Shown here: in pieces, positions 44,818 through 58,000 of the stretch
Layout of the letters: each line of letters starts with the position of its first letter
Numbering within the stretch: position 1 is the stretch's first letter
Source of the DNA: Macrostomum hystrix
Taxonomy: Eukaryota > Animalia > Platyhelminthes
Assembly: GCA_950097015.1 (NCBI GenBank)
Contig: CATNEN010000032.1
Span: forward strand, 2,795,546 to 2,859,545
Length of the DNA: 64,000 nucleotides
Direction: 5' to 3'
Notes under the pieces: generated by a model
The model's database searches: none
Told to the model about the DNA's origin: nothing
Seen by the model: only the letters and a program-made list of their open reading frames with translations
Position numbers and translations under genes: made by a program

Positions 44818-45322
44818 AGGGGACATTGGTTGTCTGCTGCTGAGGGGACATTGGTTGTCTGCTGCTGAGGGGACATTGGTTGTCTGCTGCTGAGGGGACA
44901 TTGGTTGTCTGCTGCTGAGGGGACATTGGTTGTCTGCTGCTGAGGGGACATTGGTTGTCTGCTGCTGAGGGGACATTGGCTGTCTGCTGCTGAGGGGACA
45001 TTGGTTGTCTGCTGCTGAGGGGACATTGGCTGTCTGCTGCTGAGGGGACATTGGCTGTCTGCTGCTGAGGGAACATTGGCTGTCTGCTGCTGAGGGGACA
45101 TTGGCTGTCTGCTGCTGAGGGAACATTGGCTGTCTGCTGCTGAGGGGACATTGGTTGTCTGCTGCTGAGGGGACATTGGTTGTCTGCTGCTGAGGGGACA
45201 TTGGCTGTCTGCTGCTGAGGGGACATTGGCTGTCTGCTGCTGAGGGAACATTGGCTGTCTGCTGCTGAGGGGACATTGGCTGTCTGCTGCTGAGGGGACA
45301 TTGGTTGTCTGCTGCTGAGGGG
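44818..45322. repeat. 25-bp minisatellite, ~20 copies
   Basis: Unit ggg(g/a)acattgg(t/c)tgtctgctgctga. Confidence 0.97.
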
Positions 45323-48300
45323 ATAGTAGTCGCATGTACTGTAGTGGCATTAAGCTGAGTAGTATCGAAAGTAAGTTTATTTTGTAATTTTGCCCCAATG
45401 GGGCTCTTGGTGTACAGACCGAATGTCTCAGAATGTATTCGAGCTCAGACTAACCATTTTTATATTTAGTGAGAATTCAAATTCTCGCTGAATCACAATC
45501 ACGAATGTTCGCAATCAGGCAAATTCATACTGACGAAATGAGTTTTCGTTTTTGTTTACTTTTAGGTGGGTTTTGTCCTTCTGCATTACACAAGATTTTT
45601 TTATCTCAACAGTAAGGGGGGCTAACCCCGTTGGGGCTTTGTGTGCTTGTAAAGAACACTAACAACTACACGGCATTGGGGCCTTAGGCCTTCTCGGGTC
45701 CTTAGCACTTCTTAGATGTCACAAAAAACTCAAAACGACAAACACTGCGCCCACACGCGCGCACTGAGCTTGATTGCTAACTTTAAAAAATTGCGTACAC
45801 ATGTAGGGAGAGTGGGAGTGGCTGGACAACAAATAATAGCGCTAGGGCGTACGAAGCGATTTTAAGAATGCCTCATACAAGAAAAGCGAGTTTGAATTTC
45901 CAACTTGAGTTCTGACAGTCGACAACTGACTGCCTCAATCCCCACACGCAAAATAGACTTCCCACGACCGCATTGAAAAGTACTTAGTTTTTTATTCCAA
46001 ATGCACTATCATGCTATAACAATGGTGCGATTAACTGACTATTCACAGATGCGTTTTATAAAAAAAAGCTTAAAAAGCCGAGGTTACATAGTAAGTTAGT
46101 CAAGTCAAGTACGTCTAAAAGGCTCTTGCAGGGACGCTTCTCAAATCCAAGCGTTGCGCCAACTAGCCAGCGCGATCAGGCTGGCGGTGGTGGCGCAGAA
46201 TCCAACTGCGGCGGCCAAACAAAACACCCCTAGCAACCGTTGCCAGGTGGGTGACGCGGAATTGGAAGCAGCCTCTCTATCGATGATTCTCCATTCTCTG
46301 CGGGTTTTTGTCAGCAAAAATGAAGAAAATATTCACCTGATGGATCAGAAGTTCTATTTGCTCACCGATTCATTTTTTTCAAGCAGCTTGGATTTTTTAA
46401 CTTTGCTACCAGAGGCTTAACAGATTAAATGCGTGGGGAATTAAATACGTGGCCAAATCCTCACGCACAGCGGTGTGCGGTGCTCAAGGTAACCTATGTA
46501 GGGAGAAGCTCAGGAGTAGCTACCGTTTTCTCTGGGCCAGCTGTTGCATGCACTGTGCATTCAGTGCGCACAAATTCATTGCAGTGTCGTGTGCTCAGGA
46601 CACTTCACTCATTTGAGCCTAAATACACTTCTCTACATTGCTATTATCCCTATACACACCTTCGTGTCCAGTTCTATCTGATTTCATGCGTTGATCCCAT
46701 GCACATTTTGTCCACGAACAGTTGGGGTCAATGTACGGATTGGCGCGAAATTACTACGATTTCGTCAATATGCATCGTAAATTTATAGTTGTAATTTCTG
46801 TCACATGGCGATGGATCTCTCCTATAAAGAACTATGCATGATTTTTGCCACAAAGGCGGAAATGGTAGCCATCAGACTCTGCATGACGGCTCAATATTGT
46901 GGTTTCTGGTATGAATGAAAGTTATAGGTATCTAAAGACAGCGTGTTTGCAAAATGCCTTGCAAATCAACTGAAAGCACGAGTCAAAAGCGAATCGTCGC
47001 ATGTAAATATTGCATGCGTGTGTGACGTTGTCACTTACTGCAAGAGCCCCTATGAAGTTTAAATTTATGTGGTACTGAATTGGGCCGTTTAACAAATGTA
47101 ATTACGCTGTCACCAACTTTGCAAGTCCGTATATTTCTTAGCTTGTTACTGTAAGTAAACGCCAACGCACATCGCGCTATCCCTAAACTTATCTCGCAGT
47201 TGTCAATTCTCTCAGCCAATGAGCGAGCGTGCGTGCTCCGTTTCTCTAGATTATCGATCGCCCTGTTTTTACCGCGGGCTAGCTTATTTAACTAGGCTCC
47301 CTGGGCCCGCCCGTGCCACAACCGGCCCACCCCTTTTGTCACTGCTCTTGTCCCGGCCACTGTTACTTTCACTGCAACCTACTTAACCACTGTTCCGCCG
47401 AGTGTTCGTTCTGTCATTACCTATCTACTGTCATCCGCTGTCTTCTCTATTGCATCGTCATCATTGAGCTCCTGCACCTGACTTTAATTATATTGCTTGT
47501 CGTGTGTCTCAGTGATAATAAATAAAGATAAAGTGCTACCGCTACACTAGATTACGCGAACTCTGGACTCTAATTGGAATATTGAACTTCCGCCTGACTC
47601 TGTCTGCCGTTAATTTCGTCACACGTGCTTGGGATCGGCCCAACTGCTTCAAGGTGGCTGATTTTCAGCGCATTTTATATGCACATTTACTTGGTATAGT
47701 GTATCCTGTGGTTTCCTTTTATTGTACAGCTGTTAATGCTAGGCACACAGGAATGTTTTTCATTTCTTATAAACCCAACAAATTTGTTATAGAGTTAAGT
47801 CGAACCAAAAAGATACTTTTTGATATCGGGTCATTGTCCAAGACTCGAACTCCAAGCTGAAATAGATGTGGGTGTAACTTGTAAAACTTGTTACCGATAA
47901 AGGTTCAATGATGGAATTGTCAAATCAGTCAAGGATAGTCTTAATTTAATGCCATTCAGTACTATTTTTTTGTTTTATGATTGCCCAATATCTAGAGTGA
48001 TTCAAATGGAGTCTAAAAACTATTTTTGTAAGATTTGGCGCTTTTATCAAAAAGTTTTTAAGCTTGCCTAACTTAAAATTGACCCAGTACTAGCCACAGA
48101 AACTCCACAGAATGCTGAATCGCCTATGCTGTGAGGGATGTGATGCTGAATATACCAATATTGATAGGCTGCAGAGGGCTGAAACGAGGTAAAACGTCGA
48201 GAAGGCGCGTAGCGAAAGCTAACTACAACTCCATAGCGGCTTCCTGTGAATTTTCTGTGGTGCTAACCTTTAACCTTTGCTTCTATTTCAAAATCGTGCC

Positions 48301-51300
48301 CATTTACGGCCCATAGACCAAGTAATGTACGGTAATTCTTTTTCGGAAAAAGGCCTCGACGCATAGGAATGGCTTACTAAGGCAAAGTAAGATATTGAAC
48401 AATGACAGAAATACCAATGATCTGCTGGGCGAAAATGGCGAATCCCCGGCCCCTGATTATCAAATTTACGCCCTTAAAGCATTGGGTATGCACGAGTGAG
48501 TGGATAAAAAATCGGCCTCCATTTTTTCTGATTTTTTAGAATTTTCCGTGTCCCGTAATTTTCAATCGACTACCTTGTAAGAAACTTTAAACAAAGTTCC
48601 TTCAGAAAAGTACAAATCTTGCGGGGGTTGTAGCCTATAGTGGTTAGAGAGTTGGACTCTCGACTTAAACGACTTCTATTCTTGACTTTGCAGTGGAACA
48701 ATATGAGTCCTTTAGCAATACACGTAACTCTGCGTTGCTTCAGCTAAACCAGCTGTTGAATGGTGTACCAATATCAGCTGGGTGATTGAAGGTGTGTGTG
48801 GCGTCCCCACAGTCCATGGACTGAACAGTCATAAGTAGCCTTCCCTGATGCACCGCGCGACAGCTGCGTCGGTGCTGTCGGTTGCACATCTGGCCCAATT
48901 GGGGCAGGTGAATTCGATTTTTATTGAAGACCAACGAGAATTTAGTCACGAAGTACTCTAAGGCCTGAGGACCTCGTTATGTATATTGGTTAACAATTGG
49001 TGTGTGTCGGTGGGTGGGCTCAGTATAGCTCTTTAGAGTTGGACTCTTGAATTTTTTTAGACAATGTTTTCCAAGTTCCAAGTTTCAATAACCGAGGGAC
49101 CTGAGCGGGTCCGGTCCCGAAAGGGTGACAGACTGCAGCAGAGTGCAGTCACAACAACCACTTTCCCTCCTCGTTCTTGGTGGCGGGCCACATTGGAATG
49201 GGGATTCCCAAGAGTTCGCATCCTACCCTACCACTGTGACATGCCAACTGAAGAGGCATCTAGCATTACAACGGCCGGGCTGTACATTCTAGCGTTCTGC
49301 GGCCTCCAGACACGCGCCTTCTCGCCCGGTGCGAAATTTAGCGGCGGCAACCGCTTCGGTTCCGGCTTTCTATATGTATCGATGCTGCTAATTTCGGCTG
49401 CCCGCAGTGGAGTCGCTATCTTTCACCCGAGCATCAGTTTTGCCGAAAAAGGCAAGAGAACGCGTGGCAAGTTGCCCTGTAGGCCTCCGCTGTCAACTCT
49501 AAAGCCCATACAAAGTAAACCGCTGGATATCGCCGATGTCCTAGTCCGTAGTGATTTGGGTGAAGAGGTGAGAGATACCGGCAGAGGGACCTGAAGCGAG
49601 TCGGCAGAGTGCAGCCGCGACATACTTACAGAGTGCTGTCACAACAATCGATAGTAAATTTTATTCCATTTAACTTAAAAGTATGTAAATTAACATATAT
49701 GCATCCAAGCAGGCCACCCAAATGATGCCGTAAACAATACTCATTGATAGATTGACACCAAAGAATATAAAGGTTGCGTCTAAAAAGCGCGAATTTGGCG
49801 AAGTTACGGCGCATCCATTGTTGCGCAAACGGGGTCTCACATGCTGCCTACATATTGCTGTCAGCTGTTCGTTGTGGTGAGTTGATTTTTTCACTATTAA
49901 ACTATTAGCGATACCGAAATTATAAGAAGCGATCGGCGAATTTAATTTATAATAAAGTAGGGTTGTGCTTATCCTGGAATCTTCAGCAGCAGTATATTCT
50001 TCATTGTGTTAGCTTTGGTACGAGCTATGTATCACGAATTTGTTAATATTTAAAAAACTTTTTAACATCTTCATAACAGTCGCGGCATGCGCGTGCGCAA
50101 TCGTCACTCACCCTATAATCCTGCGCACACATAGGGAAGAAATGAGAACAGATATGTGGTTTCGTAAGTGCTTATTCAAAAGAAAAATTTATGTTTAGAA
50201 GATTCAAATACTTAAAAATTAATGTCAATTAGTCGTGGTCAGTATACCCTAGGCTTTTGTTTTTAATAATTTAAATTAATTCTTGTGTGCCATGTATATC
50301 CATGTATGGTCAGTATGGATTGTATGACATTACATTTATTTGGCATGTCGTGTCATGTCTAGACCATTATCCTAGCCTTTAAAAAGCATAGAATGTACAG
50401 CATATCAAGAATAACACCAAACTTCTCGACATATTTGCAATGGTTAAAAATAGCTAATTGTTAGGCCTATTTTATACTTTGTATTTCAGTGTGTCTAGAG
50501 TCTGCTTTTTGTCAATTTTCACTGATTGCATCTGATATTTGACAATAGAAAATAATTTGTTTCTTTCTTTGAATCTAATACATTTGTTTTTATAATAGTG
50601 TAAGGACAAAAATACACTAGTACAAACCATGGTAGGTGACCCCCTTTTTGTAGGATGACCTAAAATATTGCAAAGGGGAACCAGGTAAATTTTTCACCGA
50701 AACAGCCCTTGAACCCTATCTGCCACTTGTCCAAGATGATTCACCTTTGGTTACCCGCCTTTGGAAAATCCTAGTTGCACCATTGGATATAAATAGGCCT
50801 ATGGAGAGGAGAAGGCTTTCACTGCCTTTGGTAGGGAAAAAAGCTCAAGTTTGAGTTTGACTCACATGCAACGAAGAGTTTGGTTAGTTCCCTTATAAAT
50901 TGAATATATAACCCTGGTTATATCAATAAAATTTTTATGTGCCTATAAAATTTATACTTAGCTATTATAATTTCTAGCTTTTCAGTTAATTCTTACTTTT
51001 TATATTGTACTAGGCCTAGGGCTATTTTATAATATTTAATATCCCACTGAATGCCACCAAAGTTGTGCTAGGGGTAATAAGATAATATAGGCCTATAAAA
51101 AATCCTACTGCTGTTACCAATCTTGTCCTAGTGCTAATTACTATACTAACTTTACTTTCAGAAAGTCTCAGAGAATGTTATATATATTAAATATATATTA
51201 AATAATTTCTTGGTAGGCCCTAGCATATTTTGTCTGGTAGCATATTTAGTTATTCTGAGTATGTATTCAGTTATTCTGAGTATCACATTTAGTTAGTCTA

Positions 51301-53256
51301 GGTAGCATGTTTAGTTATTCTGGCTGATTACTTTATTGTATATATTTATTTCTGAGAATAGGCTTTCCGAAGAGCATTACCAATGATCTCAAGTATACAG
51401 TAATACTTTCTATTTCTCTCTCTCTCTCTTGAATATTTCTTAGTATTCGTCTCTGTAGGCCCTGTGTTTTATAAAGAATGAAAGAACACAGTTCTGAGTA
51501 TTGTATACAAACATTGTTTCAGACTGCATCAAACATTGTTAGTTTATCCCTCAATACCACTCCTGTATTTGTACTAAATTTGTATCATTTTGAACAAAAT
51601 AATTATAGCACATTCAAACAAATTAACTTCGCATTAAAACAAACTATTTACAAATTTACACAATTTACACATTAAAAATATATATATACAAAGAAAAGTT
51701 GCAGATTTTCAATTTTACTATTACAGTCTACATCAATATTAAGTTAAAGAAGCCTATTTAGTTTTTATTTATAATTAGGGAGCCTTGAAAATAATATATT
51801 TAGGCCTAAAATGTTTATATAATTCCTTGAATATATATACAGTGCTTTAAACTCACTAGTATTTAGTAGCTATATTTGAATTGGTAAGTATGCCTTGGTT
51901 TAGTTTTTTTAATTAAAGTCTTAATTGTGTTTCCAGACTGGTATGAGAAACCATTTTAATTCTATTAAAAAAATTGCCATTAAGCCTTAATTATTTTCTT
52001 AGCCAAATAATATTAATAATATGTATATATAATATTACGAGTATATATAATATTATAATATAATATAATATAGCTGACTATATATATATATTTTTATATA
52101 TAATAATAAATAATATAACATTAATTTCATTTAATGTTATATATGTTTACATGTTATATATTTTTACAAACTTTTGACTCAGTTTGGCCTATCTATATTG
52201 GAGTAATTATACCAAAGTGCTTTGGTTTTATCATATTTATTGCAAGAGTAACACTATATTCATGGCCAAAAAATAAAACAAATGGTCTTTTTCTGGCTAA
52301 CAAGCCTACCAATGGACTGTAAAAGTCTATTGATCTAGATATAAAATTTGTATCATGGAACCTGCTCTTGTTGCACTTATAAAATAGGCAATCCAAAGTA
52401 ATATTAGGTAAAGCACACTTCATTCTATACAAAATTTGGGTTAAGCTATCTATCTATACAAAAAAGTTCCACAAACCTACATTTTTAAAGTCTCTCTTAT
52501 CTTTCCTTAAAACCCCAGTTGTTTCTTACTTATCTTCTTGGCTTCCATCAGTCATATTGTTTTACCAATTCCAAAAATATTTAGCAATCTGTCACTCATC
52601 CATAAAGTTTGTTATTGCAAATGACTGTTCACTAGTTAGTTGTCTCTGAAAGTGCAAAGTGGGCAAGTCAAGTGCAGCACAAACCCCGAAATGATAATTG
52701 ATTTGCATTAATTAGAAAAACATTCTGGTAGCTGTGCCAGAGCTAACAGACAGAATCTAGAGTGACACTGCATCCAAACATCCTTGAGTTGAGAGCTCTC
52801 TCCAGTTTTTCTTGCTCACACTCGAGATCACATAATTAATGTTCGATGTTGTATAGGTGCACATGTGCTGCATACACTGTCCACAGTAGTATTCCCAGTG
52901 CTAGCAGCAGTCAAGTGTTAACTTTTATTATTCCGGGTCACTCATCGGCCAGCTCTATTTACTATCCAGACTGTCGGGCCTCTGTCATTGGCTCACTCTT
53001 AGGTGCCGGTTGTCCCTCCAGGGTATCGTTCCCCCACCCTCCAGGCATCCGATCTATCCTTTATTCCGAAAGTTCCTGCACTCCCCTTTACAAAGCTGGA
53101 CAGGCCAGAGTTTCTGTTCAGCAACGCTGCTAAAAGATCAGCTTTCGCGAATCAGTCTAAGTACCCTGGAAACTATTTCAATGAAAATTGAACTCGAACT
53201 GTGAGCAAGACTTCACCGGGGCCTCCTTGCCAAGGCCCTGGCAGGGCAAGTTGGCT

Positions 53257-55098
53257 ATGCAGCAGCAGCAGCATCTGCATGCCTGCAGCAACTCGACTGG
53301 ACGGCTGCAGCAGGCGAGTCAGCTGCTACTCCAACGAGTGGCTACCACCGATGCCGATCGGCAGCGCCTCGCTGAAGATGTTCAACGATGCCGCCGGGAT
53401 CTGGTAGTCTCCGGGCTGCTGGCGCTGCCCACGCCCGCGCGTGGACTTTGCGGTTCCGTTGGCACTAGTAAAAGGCAACAAGCAGCTGCCTGCAGCGGCG
53501 ATAGAAGTCCAGGAAGAAATGGTGGCGGCGCCGTAGGACGCGGCTCGGTTGATCTGTCCCATTTCCGACCAGCTTACTGGGCCCGGCGTCGCTCAGGTCG
53601 TCCGGACGTGCGGCCGCTGCTGACGCACTCGGACGCTCAGGAGGCGGCCTCGGCGGCAAAATTTCCAGCCGCTCTGCGCCTGCTTGAATCCGCCGAGTCT
53701 CTGGCCGAACCGTCGGCTGTCCGCACCGCGCAGGCGCTCTTGCTGCGCTGCATTGGCGGCGGTCCGCTCTGCAGCGAGCTCTGCCTGCTGCTTATTCGCC
53801 AGACCACATGCGACTGGCAGTCTGCCGCCTGCGAGCGCGCCTTCCGCCTGCTCTGCGCCCTGTGTGCCGTGGCGGCTCCAGCCTCGCCTCCCGTCCTTGC
53901 CTACCTGCGCTGCCACCTGGACCGAGCGGCACTGGAGGGCCACACGGAGGCTGGCCGGTGCGCCCAGTTCTGCCTGCGCTGCCTCAATCGCTGCCTGCTG
54001 CCCGGCCGACCGCCTCGGCTTTGCCCGCCATCGGCGCCGGAGCTTCTGGCGCTTTATCGACGCGCCGCCGCGTCGGCGTCAGTTCAGCTGCCAGATGGGG
54101 ATCAGCGCCGGTTGGATTATCACGCCCGCCTCACAGGCTCCGAGGCGCTGTCTGTTGTGCTGACTCGCATCCCCTTAGCCGCCTCCGCTGTGGGCTGGGC
54201 CTTGTATGAGCAGTTCGGCAGACTAGAGCGGCCCACCGGGCCCCAGGATTACATTGGCGATGTCCTTTTCCGCTGGGAGCGGCTCTGCCAACTGGCCGGA
54301 CCAACTGGCATGGTTGGTCCCGTTCGCCTGGTATGCCGGAAGCGCCTGTTTGTGCCGCCCCTCATTGGAGCCGGAGATCGCGCCGAGGCTGCTCTGCTGG
54401 CCCATCAGTGCCTCGGCGACGTCTATGACGGCCTGCTCCCGTTGGACGTCCGGCTGGCGGCTCAGCTGTGCGGCATTCGGGCCGTCCGTGAAGCTTCTTC
54501 ACCTACGGCCGCTCTGCGCATCCTGCCCCTGGCCTGGCGTGATCGAGTCACGCCCCGGCGAGTGGCAGCCGCGGCAGCAACCGCCACAGCAGCCTGCTCC
54601 GCCGACGGCGCCAGCGACGCCGACCAACGGTACGCACTCGACCGGATGCTCATCGACGCCTGCTCGCGCTCCTGCAAGCCTTTGTTTGGCTGCGCGCAAT
54701 TCGAAGTTCGCGTACTCGCCGCGTCCGGCACCTGCGCCGTTGGCATCGCTTCCGCGGCTGGAGCTGTCGGCGGCGACGATGCGCCGCAGATTCTGGCCGT
54801 CGGCGAGTCTGGTATTCACGTACTACCTGGCACAGATCCTGCCCAGCCTCCTTGCCTCTCCTATTCGCTGGATTGTGTCCTGGCATTCGGCACTGAGGGC
54901 CGCCGGCTACTGCGGCTGCGCCTTCGTCAAGCTGGCGATCTGGCGCTGCAGTGCCGCAGGGCCCTCCACGCAGCCAGGCTGATTCGTGACTACCTGCTGC
55001 ACCTAAAACTGCTAGCACCTGCTGATGCCGCCGATGCCTCCCCCGCCGTTGCTGCCTCTTCCTCCGCTGCCACTGCCGCCTTTGAAACACAACTTTAA
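53257..55098 (+). CDS. Intronless MyTH4-FERM domain protein (PLEKHH/MAX-1- or myosin-tail-like); 5' end uncertain
   Basis: MyTH4-like ELCLLLIRQTT, RAFRLLCALCAV..P, LAYLRCHL, AQFCLRCL, PPSAPEL; FERM-like SVQLPDG, GWALYEQ, DYIGDVLFRWE, RLVCRKRLF, LFG..F, LAVGESGIHVL. First ATG at 53257; ORF open from 53188. Confidence 0.8.
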   Translation: MQQQQHLHACSNSTGRLQQASQLLLQRVATTDADRQRLAEDVQRCRRDLVVSGLLALPTPARGLCGSVGTSKRQQAAACSGDRSPGRNGGGAVGRGSVDLSHFRPAYWARRRSGRPDVRPLLTHSDAQEAASAAKFPAALRLLESAESLAEPSAVRTAQALLLRCIGGGPLCSELCLLLIRQTTCDWQSAACERAFRLLCALCAVAAPASPPVLAYLRCHLDRAALEGHTEAGRCAQFCLRCLNRCLLPGRPPRLCPPSAPELLALYRRAAASASVQLPDGDQRRLDYHARLTGSEALSVVLTRIPLAASAVGWALYEQFGRLERPTGPQDYIGDVLFRWERLCQLAGPTGMVGPVRLVCRKRLFVPPLIGAGDRAEAALLAHQCLGDVYDGLLPLDVRLAAQLCGIRAVREASSPTAALRILPLAWRDRVTPRRVAAAAATATAACSADGASDADQRYALDRMLIDACSRSCKPLFGCAQFEVRVLAASGTCAVGIASAAGAVGGDDAPQILAVGESGIHVLPGTDPAQPPCLSYSLDCVLAFGTEGRRLLRLRLRQAGDLALQCRRALHAARLIRDYLLHLKLLAPADAADASPAVAASSSAATAAFETQL

Positions 55099-58000
55099 GA
55101 CCTACGAGTATAGATAACTGTAAAGAAGCTCTAAGATTTTTGCTCCATCATAGACTATCCTTTTTCCTGCCTGCCCAACTGCACCGGCCGAAACCTTCCT
55201 TGCCATACATTAAATGCCCAGTGCCTCGTCATTCATTGTCCGCTACTATCGTGGGCTCCGCTCATTGTGAAGTGGCGTGCCGGGCTTCCTTCCAAGACTG
55301 GCCCCGCCCCATGTCTGTGTTGGCTTCTAATTCTCTTGCTATATTTCTTTTACTGAGCCAAGAGAGGCAGCCTGATTCCGCTGACTGTTGATGAACTGCG
55401 CATTAACACAGATACGGACTTTTTTGCCCCGAATCAATGCGTTTTGTCGCACAACCAGAGGCAGAAAATATAGAGACGCGTGAGAGAAATGCCAAAATCT
55501 GCACACGCACACACAAACACTGGGTGCAGATGTTGCTTGTAGGAAATAGGGCAGACAGTCTCTTGGACAGGATTTTCTGTGAGTCCAAAATTGTGAGGCT
55601 TTTTTCTCTCGATTCTCTTCACCGCAAGGGGTTAATTCATGAAGACTCTTTTGCGTCTTTCTTCTTTTTGTCTGGCGAAACCGTGGGAAAGGCAGATGGA
55701 CAGTTTTAAGCGTGCCTTGACTAAATGCTGGAGTTTTTTAAGAAAATCAATGCTAGATTATTTCCCTCTTGTCTCTCTTCTGTCAGTTTCCCTTTTCACG
55801 CCTGCTGCGACCTGCTTCGCCCCTGAGCTTATCTAAGCCCACTTGGATGGCCTCTCCATGGTTCTCTGTTCGGCAGCAAACAGCAAAAAAATTAGTTTTT
55901 TAAAGACGCCAACAGAGATAGCTCCCTTCACAGAGCCAGGGTTGTGGACCAATTACTGTGTCCGAAATGCGGGACAAGTGGCCTTCTTAACCCGGCTCCC
56001 ACTTGCGCTCTGCCGCTCTTCCCCGTCCCGGCCGATGCGTGGACAGGCGGGAGGTCTGGCTTGCTCCTGAGCTTCACATGGACGGGTTGAGGGAAATCCG
56101 TTGCGAAGCTTGATCCCTGGCTGATCGCCTGCTGCTGCATCTAGCTACTCTTATATCATACACACAGTCTACAGCCACAAGGAGAGAACTAGAAAGGTCT
56201 CTGATTCGCATCCAACCACCCTCCTAGTGGCACGACGAATTTTTCTATATAAGAAGCGGTTTCCGCTTTCTGTGCCGCCCCACCTAGCCGCGGCCTCTCT
56301 GAGACCTCTCCATCACAGCCTGACCCGCCCTGTTCCTGTCCCGCAGCAAAAACCACCTCCATCCAAGCCCCCACCTACTCCTCGTACCCTCGTATCCTTT
56401 GGCTCCTCTGGGTCGCTCCATAGCCCTCCAACTACAGCTGTGCCTTTACCTTGCCTTCCACTTCTGCCTCTCTGACCACCCTGCACAGCACAATGACAGA
56501 TGCGACGGCATTTATTGCCACTCGTTCCTCCCTCATCTCTCTCAATGCTCACTGGGCCCACTGAGAAAGGCCAGATTGTGTTCGCAGATTGCTGCTTCGT
56601 TATTTTGGGAATCTGTTTTCTCTCTAAAAACCAATCCCCACCCCCACTGTTCTCGACACATCCGGCCGGTACAGAAGAGCAGATTTAGAAAATCTCTGAA
56701 ACCAATCGGAAACTGTGAAATCAATTTGAACTGAAGTACGAGCTCGTACTATCGTATAGCCATATTATCGTTAACACTATGATTTAACAGTGTTAACACT
56801 CGCAAAATTATCGCAAAATTAAGTTTTGTTTAATTCACACTTCAAGTTATAATTAAATTCGATATTGAAATGTAGAGTAAAAACTAGCTTGACTACATAG
56901 TGTTTGCCTTTGTTGATTGCAAAATTATATATTTGATTTTGTTATTGTTTTAGCAGTTTAAAACGTACTGCGAATGGCGTCTAGATTACTAAACACCTGA
57001 ACTGAAAGCATAGATTAACAAACGATACCAAAGCTTAGTATTTGTTCGACTAATTCTACGAGGCAGACTTTGTGCCTACAAAACAGGATTGGTCCAGTTT
57101 TCTCTTGAGCATCAATATATGACCTGTATGTAGTTTTCCGCTCTGATGGATAGGTAGTCTAGAATCTTGCCTGTGCTCAATACGGTTGAAGTTGCTTGAG
57201 CCAATGGGCACTGAGATAAAAAAAACTTTGGACGATGATAGTCACGTATTTCGTAGCCGATTTTTCTAAGAATCTTTCTGCTCTATATTTAACGATTAAA
57301 ATTATTCGAAATAGGTGCTCTGGCACTATATGACATCTGAAGGTTTTCTGAACAGCCAATAGCTTAAACTATAGTTTTTATATAAAATAGTGGCTTTGGT
57401 TACCCCTTTACTTATCTTAGTTTTAAGACTTGCACTTTTACGATCCTTCAATTAAGCTAGTAGAGCCGATGAGCTCGGCTTAAGCCACAGCTGTGCAGAA
57501 GCAGGCAATTAATTAAATTGAGTGATGCATAGAATCAAAACTTAGGGTCGCTGCTGGTCTCTGTGGCCGTGATTTTAATTTTCGCTTTCGCTTTATGAAT
57601 CGTAGTAACTAAATAACTGGCTTATGCTTAACTACTGACTTGATTGGTCAGCTAAATTATAGGCCTAGTTGTGAGCTAGACTCCGTAGCCTAAACACTAT
57701 CAAGTTGGAATAGGCTTTTTACCTTTAGATTGTTCTATATTCTATAGAATTTTTTTTTCTAAACCCTATCGACAGAGTAACCCAGGCTAGGCCTCGGATT
57801 GATGCATAAGTAATGGTTTAGGTGAATTAATTTGCAACAGTAGCCTCAATGCCCACGGTTCATATAGGAACAATAGACTAGGTCCACAAGCTTGTATCAA
57901 CTATTCCGTGTTGTCGGCCTTTGGCCCAGATGTCGCTTCGCTGAGCATCGCTGTATCGCCCATAACAGTCTAATTTGGAATGGAAAAGCCAATGATTGCG

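Noticed and set aside
11155-45322. Possible CRISPR-like arrays (51-, 21-, 25-bp repeats)
   Set aside because: Units are directly adjacent with no unique spacers, no cas genes, and the context is eukaryotic.
44468-45398. Three long minus-strand ORFs with Q/P/S repeats
   Set aside because: Artefacts of the stop-free 25-bp and 21-bp arrays; all three frames are open, which argues against selection on one.
48624-49050. tRNA/SINE-like heads (ggggttgtagcctatagtggttagagagttggactct at 48624; similar at ~49011)
   Set aside because: A-box-like start only; no B box (GTTCRA), no cloverleaf and no tail, so neither a tRNA nor a SINE can be supported.
49093-49130. Hammerhead-ribozyme-like CTGA...CGAAA motif and a partial direct repeat with ~49586
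   Set aside because: The core lacks CUGAnGA and convincing stems I/III; the repeat similarity is short and patchy.
49064-49594. 176-aa ORF
   Set aside because: No recognisable domain, composition or splice context; likely chance.
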